A stretch of DNA of 63,601 bases, counting the filler, from Basidiobolus meristosporus CBS 931.73 (Eukaryota; Fungi; Basidiobolomycota), in NCBI GenBank assembly GCA_002104905.1. It is 4 parts of 4 records of this genome, joined end to end, with 100 filler letters (N's around TTAATTAATTAA, not from the genome) between each part and the next. Parts side by side here need not be neighbours in the genome. Positions count along the whole stretch, not along the records: positions 54,650 to 63,601 come from MCFE01001332.1; 3 more parts are not named here. One strand, 5' to 3'. The position numbers were made by a program, and so were the translations under genes. Below, piece after piece: positions 54,650 to 63,601 of the stretch (within the stretch, counting starts at the first letter, position 1; every line of letters starts with the position of its first letter). The notes beneath the pieces were generated by a model that had not been told where the DNA came from, did not search any database, and saw nothing but the letters and a program-made list of their open reading frames with translations.

Positions 54650-57600
54650 ACTAAGAGGTACTGATCCTGTCAGGACACCATCCAGAGACCATTAAAAAAT
54701 AATTGCACCACAGATTTCACAAAAAATACAGTCAAAATTTTTCATCACAACAATGTATAAGTGGCTTTTGTTTTGTTCCCTGCCAATTTGCTCACTTTCT
54801 GATCCCGGACACTCTATTTCCTCATATGTTTGTCTACATTGATTGGCTTACTTACTTCTGGACTCAACCATTTCTCTTACTTCTCATGCATACAAATTGA
54901 TATATTTCTGTTGAAACTTCAGTTGCACCTCAATTACCAATTGTACTGACCTAAACAGGTCCCTATACCCTACACAAACATTAAGCCCAACCCACACTTA
55001 ACAAGTAACTCCATTAAAATACACCATTCAATAAGTATTTCTGCTGTAATGCTCTGGGTCCACAACTTTGACAGTAGTTGTGACAAGCTCCTGTAAAAGC
55101 TGCTGGTTTTTATCACTGCCAGGTCCTTGACTGCTACTTTGACTGGGTGCTTCTTAGGTGGTACTACACTTTTTCCTTGAAAAATGTTGTGCTGAGGCAT
55201 CTGTGTCTGCCTACTTGTCACTAATTGGCACTCTTCCAGCTACCTGACATCTCTTTGACACTTGTCTAGAGCTTTTGGCCCTACTTGTGATGGGCTCTTG
55301 AGGTAGCTGCTAGTTTTTAGCCATGGTACCCTTGTTCTTCAGCCTTTGATAGTTTCTGCTATTCTTAAGATACTTTCTTAGCATACCAATGACCAATGCT
55401 GGCCCAGGATCTGTTTGCCCATTTGAATCTAGGATAATGCTCATGAAGCAAGCCAGGCATATTCTGCTTGACCTTGAGTTCCTGATGGTCTCATGGTATG
55501 TCAGCCTTAAAATGATGGCATGCTATACTCCTGATGGCCTCTTGTATATTTGACTTGTTCCATTGGATAGTGCCACATTAAGCCATGAGTGCCAGATGAT
55601 GCTATAGTGTGCCAAGAAGGCCAAGTGAGCCTATACTTGGCCACAGAGTGTGAAACACAGCTCTGCATCTTCATGCAGAGCAGCCCCTGTGCTTCACCCA
55701 TTGAGCTGGAAAAAATCCATTTTTTGACCTTTCTTTTTGGATCAATGTATTCAGGATGTGTAAGAGCACAAAAAGACTGAAGACATGCATTGGGTACTCA
55801 ATACCCATGGCACTCTGAATCTAGCTCCTGTAGCTTGTATCATGTCACAAAAATGCATGGTACTATCTTGGCCCACTGGTACTATCAGGCACTATACTTA
55901 AATATTAACCCTAAAGTAAAACCAATATAAAGCACTTATAGTGCCAGATAGTACCAGTAGACCAAGATAGTGCCATGCATTTTTGTGACATGATACAAGC
56001 TACAGGAGCCAGATTCAGAGTGCCATGGGTATTGAGTATCAGATGCATGTCTTCAGTCCTTCTGTGCTCTCACACATCCTGAACAATGTTGATCCAAAAA
56101 AAAAGGTCAAGAAATGGATTTTTTCCAGCGCAATGGGTGAAGCACAGGGACTGCTCTGCATGAAGATGCAGAGCTGTGTTTCACACTATGTGGCCAAGTA
56201 TAGGCTCACTTAGCCTCCTTAGCACACTATGGCATCATTTGGCACTGATGGCTCAGTGTGGCACTATCCAATGGAACAGGTCTATTAGCCCGCTCTTCAT
56301 TATTGCACTCAATGGCTTCATGGATCTTCAATGCATTTGATTTAAAGGCTTTGGTATAAACAGCATATTGTCTCCCTCCCACGCTGTGATAGGTTTTTCT
56401 GTGGGCTTTATCTTTGGGCACTGGTGTTGTGCTTCAAAGACTGTATGGTGTTCCTCTGCTGTTACATTGGGAAATGGCTCAATTCTTGGCTGTGACATTG
56501 AGCTACTGAGTTCCTTCTTTGCAGCAAAGATACTGCTTCCTCTACCTGGGATATTGATTGCTCTACACATATTATCTGCTCATCCTGTTTCTGGACTATT
56601 TCCTGATTTCTCTGAGCCATTGCATCTATCCTTTCAGCCACTGCACCCAATTGCTTCATTAATACTTTGGTATGAGCTGACAACATACTTGCTAATATGG
56701 GTGGTGGTGATGTTATTGTAGCCACTTGCTGGTCTTCAACCAAGGGTATTGCATTTGCTACATTCTCCTCTGCATGAGCATAATGGTCAGCTTGTGGCTC
56801 CACAGAGGTTCTCAATTGCCTACTTGACTGAGAGCCTGAGGAGTCTGCATTATTACCTTCAATGGGCACACTGTCCACAGGGCCTTTTTTGGATGTAGCC
56901 CTGCTTATTGCACTGAGTGTCAAAGCAAGCTGTTGTCCAACTGTTCTTCTGTTGCTATCAGTGGTGGGGTTTGGTTGTGAACCAAATAAATCTACTTTAT
57001 TTTTTGGTGGCATATATACAGAAGTGAGTCAAACAAAAGGGGAAACAGTGTTACATATATATCTATATATGGTGCCATAGCTTTATTTATAATGCTTACT
57101 ATGGCAGGTCATCATTGAATTGTACATTCATGTAGGTGTGATGTCTCAAATACAAGACTGTCTTAAGTTCAAATGAGTATTGACCAAAAAGTGGTTTAAT
57201 AGCATTATGTTGTTGAAGGTCAAACTGTTTGCCCCATGGATAAGACTACTTTGACTCAACACCATAAGACAAGAGAAAAAAGACCTTGTGGCTATTGTGG
57301 CAAGCCTCTCAGTCATGAAGCATGCAGACAGCATAGGAAGTATTACAAGGATCATGGCCGGTGTTTTGCCACTCAAGTCATATTTGATCATTCATTGGTC
57401 ACTACTGTACTAACATTATCTTGCCAGCCAGTTGGTACTTCTATATCAGCACCTGACCATCTTTGACACCTTGCACAAACTGAGTCAGGTGAGTCTGTGA
57501 CACCTTTAGGCTCACCTCAGCCTTCTGAATATGGCATGCTGAGTGATAGCTCTGACAAAGAAGGCTCACTAATGGATTTTGAGCCTATCTCCCCTAACAA

Positions 57601-58082
57601 TAGTACCATGTATGAGCCTGGTCAAATCCCTATATGCAATGAGGCAACACCCATTGAAACAAATACCAAGGATACTTTATGAGGCCAAGTGAGCCCAGTA
57701 ATCCATCTACTGGTGAATGATGCAGTTTTGTGGCTAGAGAAGTGGCATGTTTCCACTACTATCAGTAATGGGGGCTTTCAGGATTTTTTACTACTTCTTG
57801 CCAAAATTATACCAGGATGTACTTACCATGTACATGGTATAAGTGGACAACCCTCATGTGGCTGGCAACATATGATCCAGAGACTGTCCAGATTCCAGCA
57901 TGTGTTAACAGTTGCATGGCATTCACATCCAAATATGCTACCGTTGCAACATGTCCAAATGGTCAGGAATCCATCACCATTGAGGGAAAACATTGCTCAC
58001 ACTCTGGATATATTCCAGTTATATCTAAGGAAGCTGATGCAGTCCAACAAATATTACAAAGCTATACAGTACCACACTCAGT
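54650..58082. mobile_element. Decayed CACTA-like copy, interrupted by the foldback element
   Basis: Best-preserved accessory ORF 56462-57013 (minus) and transposase remnant 57490-58080 (plus); same layout as 29950-34300. Confidence 0.7.
55551..56283. mobile_element. 733-bp foldback element with PHIS termini
   Basis: Arms 55551-55896 and 55937-56283 are near-perfect reverse complements with a 40-bp loop; ATT TSD; empty-site paralogue near 31596-31621. Confidence 0.9.
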
Positions 58083-59795
58083 AGACTTGTTGTATTGGAT
58101 AATGCCACATAGTCCCTGCCTGTTTATAGTGCTGGATCAATTCGGTAGTCTATGGCACCATCTGGCACTATAATTTTTACCATAATGCCAGTGGTAGGAT
58201 ATAGTTACTGGCAACTTTACTCAATCTTACTTATGTTGGTCAAAGTAGTGCTTTCCTTGCTTTATTTACTCTTCATAATACTCCAGACACATTTCTCTCA
58301 GTGGATGTCTTCCTGTATGAATGTACTGTACATTGATAAGTATCCTGACTATTTTACCTACTCTGCTGTTTTCTCCTATAAATGACTTTCCCCTGTATTT
58401 ACCTGCCAATATGCTGAATCTCTTCAGATGACCAAATGTATTCTCTACCCTCACTCTGAAATGATTAAGTATCTCATTGTAGAGCTTCTGCTTCCTGCTA
58501 AGCACACCATTCCTTGGCTTCCTATAAGCTGTTATACATCCTAATCTCTGACAATTCTCTCCTATATAGGCTAAGTCTGCCATACACTTCTCCCCTCTAC
58601 TGAATTCTGGATAATTCTCTACCCAGAGTGCTTTGTCATGCCTACTTCCAGCAAACAGCCCACTAAACCAGATGATGTTACCCTCAATGTCAGACAGAGC
58701 CTGAAACTTTACACAGTGTGCCTTGTACTTGCCAGAATAAAAGTGTTTCTGCCCTCTAGAAGGTCTGTTAATCCTGAGTGGGAAGGTATTCAAATACTCC
58801 TTATATGGAACCTGTTGCTGAACACTCTGGGATATGGAAGTCTATTGGAGCTTCTGAGCCTATTAATCCAAGCTTGCTCTAAGTCATTCATACCCTCCGC
58901 AAGGTGGTTCTCTATTGCTGTCAGCTGGGAATGAAAGCTTTTAGAACATTTGTTGCCATGGATAGTGGGATGAGACCTTGTATGGCAATGGTTCTTGTAA
59001 GAGCAGAGAAGCTTAACAAGAGATCTCCTTGAGTATATTGGTGTAAATGGTCCACAGTACTTGGTATAGATCTCCTCTAGTGTGTCAAAAGGAAATCCAG
59101 TGGTAGTGATGGGATTGACGGGAAAAGACCGTGCAGAGGAGTAAGTCATATAAAAATTGGTAGATGATTGGGCTGAGGTGATTTGAATTGATTTGGTGCA
59201 ATCAGCTTTATTTATCTGATTTTCCATGCATTATGATTAAATCTCCATCAATTGCCATATATCCCATCATTATGTTGCAGAAATCATCCTCAAACTAAGA
59301 CTTGGTATTTTCATTAGTGTTTTACTCACAAGTCTATAATCAAATAGGAAATCTGCAATTGATGTGATCTGATCTGTGTCAATGCAATTCTGGATGCATC
59401 ATGCATAATATATGGAAAATTCAACAATCACATTAGTTTTCATATATATTTCATATAAGACCAGTCAATGCCAATACACTACTATATAAGTATCCAAATC
59501 CATCACTATGGTCCCTATACCAAGTCTAACCGCATCTTTAGTACAACCCAGACAAACCCATCCCCCAGCTCACAAGCATGGTCCAGACTGGAAAAGTCAA
59601 TGTCTAATCCATTCAAGTTCTTGCCAAATGATTTCAGTATGGCCCAAGTATCTAAATGAGCCTTCAAACAGATATTTGGGTACTATTCATTAATCTAGCA
59701 GAACTCAATACCTTGGAGAGTCAACAAAGATGGAAGAACCTAAGTAGACAGCTGTGGCATGAGTTCTACATCACAATACCAGCAGATGTATGAAA
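58083..59795 (-). mobile_element. PHIS copy 3, reversed; transposase split by a 1-nt deletion, accessory ORF truncated
   Basis: TIR AGACTTGTTG at 58083; ORFs 58790-59227 and 58266-58793 together match 25418-26302; 59240-59795 matches the intergenic region and accessory 5' part of copy 1. Confidence 0.88.
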
Positions 59796-59797
59796 GA

Positions 59798-62700
59798 AGA
59801 ACTTGGCTCTTTCAGATTGAAGAAGCTTTTAAAGCTAAAGGAATTGCTCCAGAAAGCAAGTTGCATTATGCGGCTTCTTACCTGGCAGATGCAGCTTTAC
59901 AGTGGTACCACAACAAGATCAGGTCAGCCACTATGATGGGATGCTCTACAATCTCTACCTGGGATGAGTTTGTGTTGGAAACTCAGGATGCTTTTGAACC
60001 TCCACACCAGCAGACACTACTAAGAAGGAAGTTAAAGACAGTCAGACAGAAAGGAATGGTGCAAGAATACATTTATGAGTACAGATGTCTACTTGGACAA
60101 ATTGAAAGAATGGACCCCTTGGATCAAGTTGAATACTTTATTGATGGGTTGAAAGAAAGAACTTTCCAGGAAGTGAGTTACCAAAGACCTCAGACTATTG
60201 AAGAAGCCATCAAGATTGCCATTGACTATGACTCAGCTATGTTTGGAGTTGGGAAGCCTACAGTGACTAATCAGAAAGGCTACAATCATTATGAAAGAAG
60301 ACAATCAGAAGCAGTACCAATGGAAATAGATGCTATGCAGAAGAATCCTACCTCAGAAGAATGTAAGAAGAAAGGACTTTGCTTCAATTGCCACCAGCAA
60401 GTACATATTGCAAAGTACTGCCCTCAGAGAAGAAATGGACACCAGCCAACAAGAACCTTTAACCATATTGAGTCCCATGAACACAGTAATGTGGAAGATG
60501 AGCTTGAAGAAGACTTGGAACTCACCTTCCATATGATAGAGGAGTACTTGTCCCAAATGACCTCAAACTCAGGGAAGTTGTTGTACTTGAATGGAGTAAT
60601 CAATGGAGTACCTGCCAAGATCATGATTGACTCAAGAGCATTGCATGAGTACATGTTGGAGCAATTTGCCTTGAAAGCTGGAATCAACTCAGAACCTACC
60701 AAATCAACTTCAGTCTCCACAGCTGATGGGAACTCTCACATGATCAACCGTATTACCCAGCCAGTAAGAATGAAGATCAATGACTATGAAGAAGACCTAC
60801 AGGCTTATATATTTGGGAACTGCAAGTTTGACCTTGTACTTGGAAAAACCTGGCTATTTTGTTGTAATCCATCAATCAACTGGAGAACCCATGCTACTCA
60901 GATCCAAAAAGACAACAAGACCTATGAGCTATTACCTGCCAGGCTGGATTTCAACTTGGTCAATTCCAGTGTGTGTGAGACAAGTAAACTTAGCAAGACC
61001 CAGTTCTGTAGAGCACTTAGAAAAGGTACCAAGATGCTCCTCATGGCAGTATTACAGGAGGATTCCTCTACACCAGCACCCCAGCAGGTCCAGACTCTCT
61101 TGAAGAAATATTTGGATGTGTTTCCAGATGAGCTTGTAAGCCCACCACCAGTCAGAGACATGGATCATGCCATTAACACAGGAGATAGCCCTCTAGTGAG
61201 CAAGACACCTTACAGAATGAGTCCATTGGAATTGGAGGAAATGAAGAGACAAATTGATCAGCTATTGGAGCAAGGATATATCAGGCCCAGCAAGTCACCC
61301 TTGGGAGCACCGGTGCTTTTTGTGAAAAAGAAGGATGGAACACTTAGGATGTGCATTGACTACAGAGCCCTGAACTCAGTTACTGCCAAGAGTAGGTACC
61401 CCATACCTTGGATTGATGAGCTTTTGGACCAACTTAATGGAGCCATTATTTTTAGCAAGATTGACCTCATGTCAGGATACAACCAAATTAGGGTGAAACC
61501 AGAAGATATTCCTAAGACAGCATTTAGGACCAGATATGGACATTACAAGTACTTAGTCATGAGTTTTGGCCTCACTAATGCCCCTGCAACATTCATGACG
61601 CTGATGCAGACTGTCTTTCAGGAGTACTTAGACAAGTTTGTGATAATCTACCTGGATGACATATTGATATACAGCAAGACAGAAGAGGATCATGTGGTGC
61701 ACATTGAAAAGGTCTTGAAGAAACTAAGAGAGAACAAGCTATATGGCAAGCTAGCCAAGTGTGAACTCTTCAAGGAGCATGTTGAATACCTGGGACACAT
61801 AGTGACTAGCACAGGCATAACCTTAGACCCCAAGAAGGTGGAAGTAATCAAGAATTTGAAGCAGCCCCATAGCATATCAGAACTCAGATCATTCCTTGGA
61901 ATGGTTTCCTATTATTGGAGATTTGTCAAGTCTTTTGCAAGAATTGCAGCCCCTTTAACTGATATCCTCAAGAAAGACAATACCTACAAGTGGGACATAG
62001 CTTGTGAGACTGCCTTCCAGATGCTCAAGAATGAACTTGCTAAGCTGCCAAGCTTAAGAATACCAGACTTCAGAAAAGAGTTCACTCTGTGCACAGATGC
62101 TTCAGATTATGCAATTGGTGGAGTGCTGAGCCAAGAACACAAGGGAAAGGACTACCCTGTTGCCTTTGAATCCAAGAAACTGAACTCAGCAGAACAAAAC
62201 TATCCAGTGCATGAGAAGGAGATGCTTGCTATAATACACTGTTTGAAGACATGGAGATGCTATATTGAAGGAGTCAAATGCACTGTGAAGACTGATCATG
62301 CCTCCCTTAAGTATATATTTACTCAGAAGGTACTCTCTAGGAGAATGACAAGATGGAGTGAATACATTCAGCAATTTGACCTGGAGATTGTCTACTGTCC
62401 TGGAAAAAACAACATGGTTGCTGATGCCTTATCAAGATTAGAACATGTTGCACAACTCAACTTGGTGCATGAATCAGATTGGCCTAGCCTATTACCAGAG
62501 TACTTGGAGGACCAAGCCATTCCTAATGAGGTGGATGAAGATATCAAGAAGATTAATCCGTGATGAAGCCAGCAAATTTGTTGTACAGGATGAAACACTC
62601 TACCAAATTGTTGATGGAAGCCCTATTGCCTATTGTCCTTATGTTGCTTGCCTGGATTTAATACATAAGCTACACAATGGATATGGACATCTTGAGATTG

Positions 62701-63601
62701 AAGGAACCTATAGCCTTGTGAAAGCCAGAGCATGGTGGCCCAGAATGAAACAAGATATTGAGAAGCTAGTGAAAACATGCCCAAACTGCCAAATCAATCA
62801 AGGCCAGCCACAAAGAATTGCCAAACTCTTCCCTTTGGAGCCTGTAAGACCATTTGAGAGATGGGGAATTGACTTTATTGGAAGACTGCCAACTACCAGG
62901 AAATGCAACTGTTGGATCCTAGTAGCAATTGACCATGCCACTAAATGGCCAGTTGCTAAAGCTGTACCAATAGCCAGTGAACAAGAAGTTGCAAGTTTCA
63001 TTTACCATGAGATCCTGATGAAGTTTGGATGCCCTGTGGAGATCTTATCCAATAGAGGTGCAAATTTTATGGCAAAGACATTAGAGGCTTACATGGAAAT
63101 GCAGCAGATCAGACACTTGAAAACCTCAGCATATCACCCCAGAACTAATGGAGTCACTGAGTGGTTTAATGGATTATTTGGAAAAATGCTGACCAAGTAT
63201 GCAAATGGAGTTGTCAGTAGATGGGATGAGTACATAGACTAAGCACTCTTTGCATGCAGAGTCAGAGTACACAACACCACCCAGCAATCACCATTTTACT
63301 TAGTTTATGGATGTGAACCAAGGATTCCAGGAGATCTCACACAACCAAAACTTATAGAAACCTTAGAAGATGAACTCAGTCAGCCAAGTAGACACCAGCA
63401 ACTGGAACAAAGACATCAAGAGGCACAGACCAAAGTATCTCAAAGTGCAGAAAAGATGAAGCAGAGATTTGATAAGACTATAGCACCAGAAGCATTGACA
63501 GTTGGGAACTTTGTATTGCTAAGAAACATACACTCGGAAGAAGTTTGAGCCACAATGGACAGGACCATTCAAGATCATCAGAGAATGTCCATTTGCAACT
63601 T
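59798..63601 (+). mobile_element. Ty3/gypsy gag-pol without a 5' LTR (single gag-PR-RT-RH frame; integrase frameshifted); runs off the window
   Basis: WLFQIEEAF (gag), [19 protein letters not shown] (degenerate protease), YLDD, CTDASD, WGIDFIG; ORFs 59759-62563 and 62445-63242. Confidence 0.92.

Noticed and set aside
22413-63601. Classic RIP as the cause of TE decay
   Set aside because: The loss is of CG, with CA/TG remaining abundant and long TE ORFs still open; this fits CpG deamination better, though indices were not computed

Overview
Eukaryotic DNA, most likely from a fungus; an early-diverging lineage is inferred from a P450 with twelve short GT-AG introns, a bacterial-style intronless NRPS and CpG-specific decay of repeats. 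The window consists of four pieces joined by artificial 100-bp N44-TTAATTAATTAA-N44 spacers (22313, 36000, 54550), so adjacency across them is not evidence. (1) 1-10.1 kb: a tandem array of three unrecognised secreted-protein families (A, B, C), with intact copies and pseudogenes. (2) 13.7-21.6 kb: a candidate biosynthetic gene pair on one contig: an intronless monomodular NRPS (partial C-A[N-methyltransferase]-T-C) and a 13-exon cytochrome P450 with apparent frameshifts. (3) 10.1-13.5 kb and 22.4-63.6 kb: nested, CpG-depleted transposon relics. These include a PIF/Harbinger-like (PHIS) family with AGACTTGTTCC termini (a full-length 3.4-kb copy, two decayed copies, a 211-bp MITE and a 733-bp foldback), several CACTA/EnSpm-like relics, Ty1/copia elements (one nested, with two near-identical LTRs) and three Ty3/gypsy elements (one chromovirus). 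All alignments were done by eye. No database searches were run.
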